Below, one piece after another: positions 30,076-39,845 of a DNA stretch of 60,001 nucleotides (its first letter is position 1; each line of letters starts with the position of its first letter). Source of the stretch: Sulfurovum sp. (GTDB lineage: Bacteria > Campylobacterota > Campylobacteria > Campylobacterales > Sulfurovaceae); NCBI GenBank assembly GCA_003978395.1, contig QNZV01000139.1, positions 1 to 60,001 of the forward strand, given 5' to 3'. The notes beneath the pieces are model-generated. The model did not search any database and was not told the origin of the DNA. It saw only the letters and a program-made list of their open reading frames with translations. A program made the translations under genes and the position numbers.

Positions 30076-30687
30076 GTGAACTTTTTACAAAAAATTGCAC
30101 AACGCTTACTGTTGGTTTTACAGTTTATACTTGTTTTTCTTTTTATACTTTTTGAAGAGATTATTTGGGAAGGTATTGCTAAACCAATCTATAACAAGAT
30201 TGAATCTTGGCATATTACTCAAAAGCTTGAAGGAAAAATAGCAAATAGTAATCGTTATATTATTTTGTTGGTTTTCCTTTCATTTCTTCTTGGTGTTGAA
30301 GGTGCAGGTTTACTTGCAGGAGTCTTTTTTATACAAGGTAAAATGCTTTTTGGTTTGATTCTTTATATTGCCAAAATACCTATTGCTGCATTTGTATTTT
30401 GGCTATTTAAAGCAGGGAAAAAGAAGCTTTTGAGTTTTAATTGGTTTCGTTGGGCGTATCAGAAGTTAATGAATAGTTTGGATTGGATAAAAAAATTAGA
30501 AATCTACAAATCGACCATGGCAATGATGTTGACTCTTAAAGAGAAAATAAAAAAGAACTGGAAGAGTTTTAAAGATAAATATTTTGATAAAAATAGCTCT
30601 TTTACAGAAGAGTTAAAATCATTTTATAACTATATGAAAAATTTTAAAAAAAATATAAAAAAAAGAAAAGAAGATAAAAATGACTAA
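30076..30687 (+). CDS. Hypothetical membrane protein
   Basis: Three TM helices, FEEIIWE..AKP motif, basic tail; GTG after AAGGA. Confidence 0.7.
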   Translation: MNFLQKIAQRLLLVLQFILVFLFILFEEIIWEGIAKPIYNKIESWHITQKLEGKIANSNRYIILLVFLSFLLGVEGAGLLAGVFFIQGKMLFGLILYIAKIPIAAFVFWLFKAGKKKLLSFNWFRWAYQKLMNSLDWIKKLEIYKSTMAMMLTLKEKIKKNWKSFKDKYFDKNSSFTEELKSFYNYMKNFKKNIKKRKEDKND

Positions 30688-31423
30688 ATATGTTTTGTTT
30701 GATACTGAAACAACAGGGAATCAAAAAGAGGATAGAATTATACAGATTGGTGCAATGGTTGTTGGTAGCCGAGGCGAAGTTGAAGTTTATGATGAGTTGT
30801 GTTCATCAGATGTTGATATTAAAATAGAGGCGATGGAAGTACATAATATTACTCCTGATTTATTAATAGGTAAAAATCCATTTGTTGCTACTAAATTTTG
30901 GAATGATTTAAAGCAATTAAATAGTGAAAATAACTATTTAATCGCTCATAATATTCAGTTTGATTTGGGGATGTTAGAGAAAGAGGGGTTTAGTAATCGC
31001 ATGAAGCTTATTGATACACTTCGTTGTTCTAAACATCTATATCCTGATTCTGAGTATCATAGACTTCAATACTTTAGATACTCTTTGGGACTTTATAAAG
31101 ATGAAGAGAGAGAGGCATGTAAACATAATATTGTTATTAAAGCTCATGATGCTATTGGAGATGTTTTGGTGATGAAACTACTCCTATCTAAACTAGTAGC
31201 ACAAGTCAAAGAGCAGTATAGAGGAGTGAATCCTATGGTTAAATTAGAAGAGTTAACACGAACTCCTGTCATGATGAAAAGTTTTAAATTTGGAAAGTAT
31301 AAAGGTGAAGAGATAACCGATATTGCACGCTCAGATGCAGGATATATTAGATGGATGTTAAAATCTTTGGAGTTGGATGAAGATTTAAAATATACTCTTG
31401 AACGTATTTTAGAAAATGTTTAA
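30680..31423 (+). CDS. DEDDh 3'-5' exonuclease (ExoX-like)
   Basis: FDTETTG, AHNIQFD, DTL, HDAIGD; C-terminal FGKYKG...D.GYI.W module. Confidence 0.88.
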   Translation: MTKYVLFDTETTGNQKEDRIIQIGAMVVGSRGEVEVYDELCSSDVDIKIEAMEVHNITPDLLIGKNPFVATKFWNDLKQLNSENNYLIAHNIQFDLGMLEKEGFSNRMKLIDTLRCSKHLYPDSEYHRLQYFRYSLGLYKDEEREACKHNIVIKAHDAIGDVLVMKLLLSKLVAQVKEQYRGVNPMVKLEELTRTPVMMKSFKFGKYKGEEITDIARSDAGYIRWMLKSLELDEDLKYTLERILENV

Positions 31424-31451
31424 ACTTTATGGGTTTTTCCCATAAAGTTTA
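31421..31451. terminator. Bidirectional terminator
   Basis: TAAACTTTATGGG-ttttt-CCCATAAAGTTTA between convergent genes. Confidence 0.7.
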
Positions 31452-31455
31452 ATTT

Positions 31456-32676
31456 TTAACGACGACTATAATAAGCATTTTTAACAGCTTGAGCCAGTTG
31501 ATGTACAGCCATAGCATAATGGTCTTTTGGATTATATCTGGTAATAGCATAGAAATTTTTTGTTCCCCACCAGAGCTCATCTCGGTCATATCGGCTCAGT
31601 TTAATTAGTGATACATCCCCTCGATATCCAAAAAAGTTAGATACGGGTCTAATTCCTAATGATAATAGATGTCTTTGTGTGTAGTTTGATTTAAATCCTG
31701 TAGTTAGACCATAAAATCTTCTTTTGTTATATTGGGTTTTGACTGCAACAGGTATACGATTATTCCATTTTCCACGCTCTTTAAAGTATTTGGCAATAGA
31801 ACCAATAGCATCAGCTTTGTTAAAGAGATTAATATGTCCATCGTTATTAAAATCAACAGCATGTTGTCTAAAGGCTGTTGGCATAAATTGTGCCAGTCCA
31901 AAAGCACCTGCATAGGAACCTTTTATCTCTTGTGGGTCTAACCTTTCATCTCGTATCATCAGTAGATAACTCTCTAGTTCCCCTTTAAAAAATTTAGAAC
32001 GCTTTTTAAACTCTAGGGCTAAAGTCGTTAATGCATTCATTACAGAGTGCTTTCCTGTATAGCTACCAAAGTTAGTCTCTACTCCAATAATCCCAATAAT
32101 ATACTCTGGTGCAACACCATATGTTTGAGCAGCTCTATTTAATGCACTAAGATTCTCTCTCCAAAATGCAACACCGTTATTGATACGAGATGATGTCAAA
32201 AAATTTGCTCTATATTTATCCCATGCTCCAATTAGAGTAGTTTTACTGTATTTTGGTTTTGTTTTTTTAAAAACATTATATTTTTTCAATGCTTCTGTAT
32301 CTCTATCTACTGTTGAAAAGATAGTATTTAGTGTGTATCTATCATAATTGTATTTAGAGACCATCATGTTGATAAATTTTTTAAGGTTATAGTTGTTTCT
32401 GTATGCCCCACCAAGGTATCTGCTACGAGGAATAGTGTAACTAGATGGAATAACTTGTGGTGGAGTCTCTATATTGTAAAAAGGGGAATTGTTGATGGGT
32501 TGTCTGTTGACAACAGTAGGTTGTGTTGGTGTATATTCAGGGACAACAGTTATCTCTTGAGGACTATATATTGGTGTTTTAGTTGGAATATTCGTAGGTA
32601 CTGCTTGCTCTCTTTTTACACATCCAGTACTGATGAGAAGTATAGAGAGAAGCATTAACGCCTTGAGTTTTGTCAT
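31456..32676 (-). CDS. mltB: Lytic murein transglycosylase B (lipoprotein)
   Basis: Lipobox ISTGC; IIGVETNFG, GSYAGAFGLAQFMP, DFNNDGHI, NFYAITRYN. Confidence 0.93.
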   Translation of the reverse strand: MTKLKALMLLSILLISTGCVKREQAVPTNIPTKTPIYSPQEITVVPEYTPTQPTVVNRQPINNSPFYNIETPPQVIPSSYTIPRSRYLGGAYRNNYNLKKFINMMVSKYNYDRYTLNTIFSTVDRDTEALKKYNVFKKTKPKYSKTTLIGAWDKYRANFLTSSRINNGVAFWRENLSALNRAAQTYGVAPEYIIGIIGVETNFGSYTGKHSVMNALTTLALEFKKRSKFFKGELESYLLMIRDERLDPQEIKGSYAGAFGLAQFMPTAFRQHAVDFNNDGHINLFNKADAIGSIAKYFKERGKWNNRIPVAVKTQYNKRRFYGLTTGFKSNYTQRHLLSLGIRPVSNFFGYRGDVSLIKLSRYDRDELWWGTKNFYAITRYNPKDHYAMAVHQLAQAVKNAYYSRR

Positions 32677-32732
32677 GATGAAATCCTTTTTTCTTGAATT
32701 CTAACATAACTTTGTGAATAAAAGTTGTTTCT

Positions 32733-33260
32733 TTATAAAAGGTAACTATTCTTGAATTCTACATAACGTTTTGCTGAAGCATAGAGTTCGGCTACCTCTT
32801 CATCTGTTAATTCACGTACTCTTTTGGCAGGAGTTCCCATAATAAGACTTCTTGGTGGAAAAACTTTATTTTTAGTTACAAGTGAACTTGCCCCTACAAT
32901 AGACTCTTTACCAATTACTGCACCATCTAAAATAGTAGCAGACATTCCAATAAGACAAGCATTTTCGATGGTACAACCATGTAACATTACTCGGTGTCCT
33001 ACCGTAACATCATCTCCTATAATTGTTGGGTTTCCATCAGACATATCTTCTTTTTTATGGTGAGTAACATGTACCATTGATAAATCTTGGATGGAGGTTC
33101 TATCGCCTATAGTAATAGAGTGAACATCGCCACGGATTACGGTTCCAAACCATATAGAGGAGTCTTCTCCTATGGTTGTTCTACCAACAACGGTTGCCCC
33201 TTGTGCTACCCATGCATTTTTTTTGAGAGTGGGAGTCCACTCTTTGTATTTAATTAACAT
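32733..33260 (-). CDS. Gamma carbonic anhydrase family protein
   Basis: Hexapeptide repeats; RGDV, IQD..VH, GH...LHGC. Confidence 0.92.
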   Translation of the reverse strand: MLIKYKEWTPTLKKNAWVAQGATVVGRTTIGEDSSIWFGTVIRGDVHSITIGDRTSIQDLSMVHVTHHKKEDMSDGNPTIIGDDVTVGHRVMLHGCTIENACLIGMSATILDGAVIGKESIVGASSLVTKNKVFPPRSLIMGTPAKRVRELTDEEVAELYASAKRYVEFKNSYLL

Positions 33261-33262
33261 CT

Positions 33263-35350
33263 TTAATCCTTTAATACTTTTTTTGCCAATTTACGAACAT
33301 AGGCAGGAGTCTCTTTTTTACTTTGATTGTGTATCTTTGTAATGTACTCTTCTAAAATTTCATGATTATTAATTACTTTATCGTCATTTTGCTTAACTTG
33401 TTTATATTCTCCAGAACTTTTAAGCTTCCAACGTAAAACATTGTCTTGAAGTTGCAAAGAGAGTATCTGTTTTATCTTTTGTATTAATACTTTTTCAGTA
33501 ATGGGTGTCAAAATTTCAATACGACGTATAAGATTTCTAGGCATTAAATCAGCCGAAGAGATATAACACTGATTTGAGTCATGTTTAAAATAATAAATTC
33601 TTGGATGTTCCAAATATTTACCAATAATAGAGTAGACAGAAATATTGTCACTAACTCCTTTGATACCAGGTCGTAGTGTACAGATACCACGAATAATCAG
33701 CTCTATTTTACACCCTTTCATAGAGGCTTTATAGAGAGATTGAATAATATCAGGGTCAACCAAAGAGTTCGCTTTTAAGATAATTAACCCTTTCTCTTTT
33801 TGGTTTGCCTCATGCTCTATCATTTTTATAATTTTGGGTTTAATATGTTCAGGAGCAAGGGTTAATGTTTTAAGTTCACTGTGGTCAGAGAATCCTGTAA
33901 TAAAGTGAAAAAATTTTGTTACATCATTATTAAACTCTGTTTTTGCTGTAAAGTAACTCATATCTGTATAGATTCTTGAGGTACTTGGGTTGTAATTACC
34001 TGTACCTAAATGGACATAACCTTGAAGCTTTTTGCCTCTTCGTTTGGTTACTTGTGCTACTTTTGCATGTACTTTTAGACCTTTGATTCCATAAATTACA
34101 TGAGCTCCAGACTCTTCAAGTTTTCTTGCCCAATGAAGATTGGTCTCTTCATCAAAACGTGCTTTTAACTCAACCAAAACAGTGACTTGTTTACCTGCCT
34201 TGGCTGCTTTGATAAGGGCTTTAACAATAGGAGAATTTTTTCCTACACGGTAGAGAGTCATTCTCATTGAGAGTGTATTTGGATTGTTTGCTGCTTCTTG
34301 AATAAAGTTTACAACAGGGTCAAAACTCTCATAAGGGTGATAGAGTAGAACATCTTGCTTTTCAATAGTTTTAAATATATTGTTATCTTCATCAAATGGT
34401 GGAAGTATTTTAGGACTGTAGTTTGGCAAGGTTAAATATGCCAATTTCTCTTCGGTAACAATACTCCAAAGTGTTCCCAAATTAAGAGGTATATTATAGT
34501 AGTAAATATCAAGTGGGTCAAGTTTAAGATGTGTTGTTAAAAATTTAAGCAGAGACTCATCTGCCCCTTCCATAAGTTCTAATCTAATTAACACACCTCT
34601 ATTTCTAGAGCGTAATCCCTCTTCCATAATTTCAATAAAATCATCAGCCTCCTCCTCTTCAATCTCTAAGTCGGCGTTACGTGTTACTCTAAATGGAATA
34701 GAGGTAATTTTACTTAATCCTTGAAACAGTTCACATGAAAAGTGGTCAACTACAGACTCTATAGGAATATAACAGTGTTCTACTTGTAAGAATCTTGGCA
34801 GAATTCTGGGAATACGAATAAGTCCATGTTTAATATTTCCTTTTGAGTCTTCTAGTTTCAGAGCCAGTGCGAAACTTAGATTATTCAGATGTGGAAAAGG
34901 GTGCATTGCATCAATAGCAATTGGCATAATGACAGGATAAATCTGTTCAAAAAATTCTGTTTTAATAATCTCTTGCTCTTTTTCTGATAGTTCATCATAC
35001 TCTTTGATATAGACATTATGCTCTTTAAGCTCATGCATAATATTTTGAAAAGAAGACTCAACCGTTTTTTGTTCTTTGTGAATAGTTTTATGAATTGCTT
35101 TTAGCTGTTCGGTTGGGGTTAATTTATCAATAGCCGTCTCTTGGACACGTGCTTTAAGCAAGGCTTTTAATCCTGCTACACGAATCATATAAAATTCATC
35201 AAGATTTGTGCCGTAAATGGCTAAAAATTTCATACGTTCTAATGGAGGTAATGATTTGTTTTTTGCTTGTGCAAGTACTCGTGTATTAAATTTCAACCAT
35301 GAGAGCTCACGGTTAAAGTAAAGGTCAGGGGAAGTTAGGTCAATGCTCAT
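33263..35350 (-). CDS. ppk1: Polyphosphate kinase 1
   Basis: YFNRELSWL.FN.RVL, NLDEFYMIRVAG, LKVHAK, TGNYN, SSADLMPRN. Confidence 0.97.
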   Translation of the reverse strand: MSIDLTSPDLYFNRELSWLKFNTRVLAQAKNKSLPPLERMKFLAIYGTNLDEFYMIRVAGLKALLKARVQETAIDKLTPTEQLKAIHKTIHKEQKTVESSFQNIMHELKEHNVYIKEYDELSEKEQEIIKTEFFEQIYPVIMPIAIDAMHPFPHLNNLSFALALKLEDSKGNIKHGLIRIPRILPRFLQVEHCYIPIESVVDHFSCELFQGLSKITSIPFRVTRNADLEIEEEEADDFIEIMEEGLRSRNRGVLIRLELMEGADESLLKFLTTHLKLDPLDIYYYNIPLNLGTLWSIVTEEKLAYLTLPNYSPKILPPFDEDNNIFKTIEKQDVLLYHPYESFDPVVNFIQEAANNPNTLSMRMTLYRVGKNSPIVKALIKAAKAGKQVTVLVELKARFDEETNLHWARKLEESGAHVIYGIKGLKVHAKVAQVTKRRGKKLQGYVHLGTGNYNPSTSRIYTDMSYFTAKTEFNNDVTKFFHFITGFSDHSELKTLTLAPEHIKPKIIKMIEHEANQKEKGLIILKANSLVDPDIIQSLYKASMKGCKIELIIRGICTLRPGIKGVSDNISVYSIIGKYLEHPRIYYFKHDSNQCYISSADLMPRNLIRRIEILTPITEKVLIQKIKQILSLQLQDNVLRWKLKSSGEYKQVKQNDDKVINNHEILEEYITKIHNQSKKETPAYVRKLAKKVLKD

Positions 35351-35477
35351 GAAGTACCCTCTAAATTTTCTTTGAATTATATCATATCACGTTAGCTGAA
35401 GCCAACTCTATGTATTCCAAATGTTATAGCATATCAAAGCTGTATGATTGGCTTGAACACCTGAACCAAAAGATAAA

Positions 35478-37451
35478 TTAGAGCTTTTTTATCTTGGCTA
35501 TTTGGTCACGTAACCTTGCAGCCTCTTCAAATTCCAAGTTTTTAGCAGCGACCAACATTTTAGCTTTTAACTCATTGAGTATTTTTTTCCGTTCGGCTTT
35601 TGGCATTCTGTCAATTTTGCTCTGTTTACTATAAAGCTCTCCTGCATCATCTACTTTTAAATCCGTATCAAGTTCACGAAGTGTAGTTTTGGGGGTAATT
35701 CCATGTTTTTTATTATAGGCAATTTGTGTTTCACGACGTTTAGAGGTTATATCAATGGTCTCTTTCATCGAGTTGGTAATTCTATTGGCATACATCAATA
35801 CACGACCATTTACATTTCTAGCAGCCCTTCCAGAGGTTTGAATAAGTGAAGTAGTCGAGCGTAAAAAACCCTCTTTATCTGCATCTAAAATGGCAACCAA
35901 ACTTACTTCTGGTAAATCAAGACCTTCTCTAAGCAGATTAATTCCAACCAAAATATCAAACTCTCCTAAACGTAAAGAGCGAATCACTTGATTCCGTTCA
36001 ATAGCATCTAAATCAGAGTGCATGTAACGTACGCGAAGCCCCAAATCATTATAATAATTTGTTAACTCTTCAGCCATTTTTTTTGTAAGTACGGTTACCA
36101 ATACCCGTTCGCCTTTCTCTATGACAGGTTTCATTCGGTCATATAAATTTTCAACTTGGTAGGTACTTGGAATTACTTCAATTGGTGGGTCAAGCAGACC
36201 TGTTGGGCGTACTACTTGCTCTGCAACCACACTAGAGAGTTCAATCTCTAGCTCTTTAGGTGTGGCAGAGACAAACAGAAAATGAGGAGGTTTATTGATG
36301 TATTCATCAAACATCAAAGGGCGATTGTCCAAGGCAGAGGGTAATCTAAAGCCATGCTCTACCAAAACCTCTTTACGACTTCGGTCCCCTGCATACATTC
36401 CCCTAAATTGAGAAAGTGAAACATGAGACTCATCGACAATAACCAAATAGTCATCATGCATCGCTTCAAAATAGTCCATCATCGTAAAAGGTGTTTCGCC
36501 CTCTTTCTTTTGGGTAAGGTGTCGTGAATAGTTCTCTATTCCTTTACACATTCCTGTGGCTTCTATCATCTCTAAATCAAACTCAACACGCTGTTTTAAT
36601 CTATTATATTCTACCATTCGGTCTTCTTTTTGATAATAGTTTAGACGTTCTCCCAGTTCACTCTCTATACTTTTCACAGCTATTGCCAATTTCTCTTGCG
36701 AAACAATAAATTGATTGGCAGCGTAAACGGTGGCTTCTTTGAAGTGTTCTATCTTTTCGTTTGTGAGTGTATTAAAGGTATACACATCCTCAATCTCATC
36801 TCCAAAAAACTCTACGCGTATGGCAAACTCTTCATTATAGGCAGGATAAATATCAATCACCTCTCCATTAACTCGAAAATCTCCACGGTCAAAAAACTCA
36901 TCGTTTCGTTTATACCCCATTTCAACCAGTTTTAGTAGTAAGGCTTTTTGAGCATACTCTTCGCCCACAATAAGTTTTTGAACAATGCTTTTATAATCTT
37001 CTGGCGAACCCAATCCATAATTGGCAGAGACAGAAGCAATAACAATAACATCTTCATGCGAAAGTAGAGAGGCTGTAGTTGAAAGACGCAACCGTTCTAA
37101 CTCTTCATTAATAGAAGAGTCTTTCTCTATAAATAGGTCTTGACGAGGAATATATGCTTCGGGTTGATAATAATCATAATAGCTAATAAAGTATTCAACA
37201 TGGTTATTAGGAAAAAAGGTTCTAAATTCGCTATAGAGTTGGGCTGCCAATGTTTTGTTATGGGTCATAATAAGTGTTGGCTTTTTTGTGGCTTCAATCA
37301 CTTTTGCCATAGTATACGTTTTTCCCGAACCTGTAACCCCAAGTAGAGTTTGATAACGGTTTCCTGCTTCTATGGAGTTAACAAGGGTTTTAATAGCATT
37401 AGGTTGATCCCCCGAGGGTTGATAGGGGCTAGATAGAGTAAAATTGGGCAT
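35478..37451 (-). CDS. uvrB: Excinuclease ABC subunit B
   Basis: [22 protein letters not shown]-terminal FEEAARLRD. Confidence 0.98.
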   Translation of the reverse strand: MPNFTLSSPYQPSGDQPNAIKTLVNSIEAGNRYQTLLGVTGSGKTYTMAKVIEATKKPTLIMTHNKTLAAQLYSEFRTFFPNNHVEYFISYYDYYQPEAYIPRQDLFIEKDSSINEELERLRLSTTASLLSHEDVIVIASVSANYGLGSPEDYKSIVQKLIVGEEYAQKALLLKLVEMGYKRNDEFFDRGDFRVNGEVIDIYPAYNEEFAIRVEFFGDEIEDVYTFNTLTNEKIEHFKEATVYAANQFIVSQEKLAIAVKSIESELGERLNYYQKEDRMVEYNRLKQRVEFDLEMIEATGMCKGIENYSRHLTQKKEGETPFTMMDYFEAMHDDYLVIVDESHVSLSQFRGMYAGDRSRKEVLVEHGFRLPSALDNRPLMFDEYINKPPHFLFVSATPKELEIELSSVVAEQVVRPTGLLDPPIEVIPSTYQVENLYDRMKPVIEKGERVLVTVLTKKMAEELTNYYNDLGLRVRYMHSDLDAIERNQVIRSLRLGEFDILVGINLLREGLDLPEVSLVAILDADKEGFLRSTTSLIQTSGRAARNVNGRVLMYANRITNSMKETIDITSKRRETQIAYNKKHGITPKTTLRELDTDLKVDDAGELYSKQSKIDRMPKAERKKILNELKAKMLVAAKNLEFEEAARLRDQIAKIKKL

Positions 37452-37485
37452 TCGGATTTTTTCTTTAATAAATTTTATTTTTCTA

Positions 37486-37686
37486 TTAGGCTGAGAGTAG
37501 TTTTTCTAATCGTGAGGCAAGTTCTTGAATATTCTCTTCTTGTTCTCTTTTCATACTTCTTCGTATCTCTTCGGTCTGTTTTAGCCGTAGAATCTCTGCT
37601 TTTAATCGTAAATTCTCAGCTTCAAGCTCTTTTTGTTTCGTTAAAATGGTTTCAAATTTCTGTAATAATTTATCTAATAAAGCCAA
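37486..37686 (-). CDS. Small coiled-coil protein, ZapB-like
   Basis: TTG start after AAGGAG; 66-aa heptad pattern ending LASRLEKLL. Confidence 0.6.
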   Translation of the reverse strand: MALLDKLLQKFETILTKQKELEAENLRLKAEILRLKQTEEIRRSMKREQEENIQELASRLEKLLSA

Positions 37687-37789
37687 GAGTTCTCCTTTTT
37701 GATTATATTAAATGATACATTATATCTATTAATTATACATTAATTATGTAATAATTGCTATAATCATATACAAAATATAAGGAGTTTTT

Positions 37790-38014
37790 ATGGAAAAAGT
37801 TATTTTTAGCATTTCAGGAAGGCAATTTAATGTAGAACTAGATGATGTTTTTGCTCAATATATTAAAGAGGATCTTTTTGATAATGAAATCGCCTCTGAT
37901 AGAGACTGTGAACCTACAAAACTACTTCAACTCTATTTAAAATCCATGAAAAAAAACTTCGACAATGAAGAACAGATAAAAACATTTATTGTTGATAATT
38001 TTTTAGATAAATAA
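37790..38014 (+). CDS. Small protein, ZapA-like N-terminus
   Basis: AAGGAG RBS; V.FSISGRQFNVE resembles the ZapA first beta-hairpin. Confidence 0.6.
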   Translation: MEKVIFSISGRQFNVELDDVFAQYIKEDLFDNEIASDRDCEPTKLLQLYLKSMKKNFDNEEQIKTFIVDNFLDK

Positions 38015-38147
38015 GTGAATAAATTTAAATATTAATTTTTTTTTAAAAAATATATATAATTTAAGCAATTTATTTAATATTTTAATTTATAATTCTATCA
38101 GTTCGAAAAAACAAAGAAAAGAACTATAAATTATTCAAGGAGTATTT

Positions 38148-38675
38148 ATGACAAATACAACAAACAACGTTTCAATGAAAAAAGGTTTTACAATGATTGA
38201 GTTAATCTTTGTAATCGTAATTATCGGTATTTTAGCAGCAGTTGCTATTCCTAGATTGGCAGCTACTAGAGATGATGCGAAAGTGGCAGCATGTGTTGCT
38301 GACGTCACAACTTTGTTAAAAGATGTTAGTGCTTATTATACATCCCAAGGTTCACTTAATACCGATATTACAGCAATGACAAATGTTGAAGTAAATGCTG
38401 CAGGTCTTCAATCTGATGGTAGTGCTGGAACATTAAAATATGCATGTGATAATCCATTAGCAATTTCAACTGCTCCTGCTATTACATTTACATTTGATAA
38501 AGTAGCAAATGCAGATGGTAATAATATGGTTATTTTACAAGCTAAAGCTACAAGTGTTACTCAAGGAACTGTTGATGGAGACTTAGGATTTTTACTTAGT
38601 AAAAAGAATATTGTTGGTGCAACTGCTGGTGTAGACCATAACTATACAATCTCTGGAATCAGAGTTAAAAGATAA
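38148..38675 (+). CDS. Type IV pilin/pseudopilin (probable major subunit)
   Basis: KKG|FTMIELIFVIVIIGILAAVAIP class III signal; strong RBS; followed by a terminator hairpin. Confidence 0.9.
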   Translation: MTNTTNNVSMKKGFTMIELIFVIVIIGILAAVAIPRLAATRDDAKVAACVADVTTLLKDVSAYYTSQGSLNTDITAMTNVEVNAAGLQSDGSAGTLKYACDNPLAISTAPAITFTFDKVANADGNNMVILQAKATSVTQGTVDGDLGFLLSKKNIVGATAGVDHNYTISGIRVKR

Positions 38676-38690
38676 TATAGCTCTATTTTT

Positions 38691-38713
38691 ATTCCCAAGT
38701 ATTACTTGGGAAT
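38691..38713 (+). terminator. Hairpin after pilin 1
   Basis: ATTCCCAAG-tatta-CTTGGGAAT followed by a T-rich run. Confidence 0.6.
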
Positions 38714-38775
38714 TTATATTTTTAAGTTTATTATTTATTGAATTTAAAAATATAAATTTTAAAAGAATATAATAA

Positions 38776-39288
38776 ATGAAAAATAAGAGAGAAGCTTTTA
38801 CTTTAATAGAGATTATTTTTGTAATTGTTATTTTAGGCATTTTGGCAACAGTTGTTATTCCTCGTTTAGCAACAACACGAGATGATGCAAAAGTAGCTTT
38901 TTGTACAGAAGATATTACTTTGTATATGAGAGATTTATCAACTTATTATACTTCTCAAGGGAAATTTTCGTTAAATATGAAGGAAATGACAAATGTAGCT
39001 ATACATGAAAGTATTCCTATTACAGAAAATGGTAGCAGTGGTGAATATTATTATGTTTGTAATAAAATAAAAAAAAATATAAGCTTTTCAGATGCAGCTG
39101 TTGTTTTTCACTTTTCTAACACAGTTGATACTCAAGGAACTATACGAATAAATTTTAATGCAAGAGCAGTTTCAATAATACAAGGTACAGTAGATGGAGA
39201 TTTAGGATACTTATTAAATAAAAAAAATATTGCTACAGATGGAGTGGGTATTACACATTTTATTGCAGGTATTAGAATTAAAAGATAA
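38776..39288 (+). CDS. Type IV pilin/pseudopilin, paralogue of 38148
   Basis: REA|FTLIEIIFVIVILG; shares RDDAKVA.C, YYTSQG, QGTVDGDLG.LL.KKNI and GIR.KR with pilin 1. Confidence 0.88.
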   Translation: MKNKREAFTLIEIIFVIVILGILATVVIPRLATTRDDAKVAFCTEDITLYMRDLSTYYTSQGKFSLNMKEMTNVAIHESIPITENGSSGEYYYVCNKIKKNISFSDAAVVFHFSNTVDTQGTIRINFNARAVSIIQGTVDGDLGYLLNKKNIATDGVGITHFIAGIRIKR

Positions 39289-39309
39289 ATAATTTAAAGG
39301 ATATAAAAT

Positions 39310-39804
39310 ATGAAACAATCAAAAAAAGCATTTACCATGATAGAGTTAGTATTTGTAATTGTTGTTATTGGAATTTTAGCAGCCGTAGCAATTCCAAAAT
39401 TATCAGCAACAAGAGACGATGCTGTTATTACAAAAGCAAGAGTATTAATAGCTTCTGTTAGAAACGCTTTGGCTATGGAGAGACAGAAACGGATTTTACG
39501 TGGAGCATTTAAACCCCTTATCGCAGTGGGCGATAGTACCAATGTATTTGGTAATTTTTATGATGGAAATGTAAGCACACCTCATGATACTGGAGTAGCT
39601 GTTTTGGAGTATCCTATTCCATCAGAAGATAAAAAAGATAGATGGCATTTTAGTTCAGGTACAGGAAAGTCTGGACGAGACCAATATATTTTTAACTCTA
39701 TGTTAGGGGATGTAAAATTTGAAGTAGTTTCAGGTAAATTTGAGTGTGATATTAGTAAAACTAACAATATAAATGATAGTGGTTGTATACAGTTGAGTCG
39801 GTAG
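39310..39804 (+). CDS. Type IV pilin/pseudopilin
   Basis: KKA|FTMIELVFVIVVIGILAAVAIPK; C-terminal Cys pair. Confidence 0.88.
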   Translation: MKQSKKAFTMIELVFVIVVIGILAAVAIPKLSATRDDAVITKARVLIASVRNALAMERQKRILRGAFKPLIAVGDSTNVFGNFYDGNVSTPHDTGVAVLEYPIPSEDKKDRWHFSSGTGKSGRDQYIFNSMLGDVKFEVVSGKFECDISKTNNINDSGCIQLSR

Positions 39805-39809
39805 AATTA

Positions 39810-39818
39810 TGGTATAAT
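39810..39818 (+). promoter_or_regulatory. Extended -10 promoter for priA
   Basis: TG-G-TATAAT, followed by GAGGAG at 39834-39839. Confidence 0.6.
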
Positions 39819-39845
39819 CTCCTCATTTTAAAAGAGGAGATATTT

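Noticed and set aside
39783-39845. TTG start for priA from the ORF track
   Set aside because: Overlaps pilin 3, lacks an SD and lies upstream of the apparent priA -10 element
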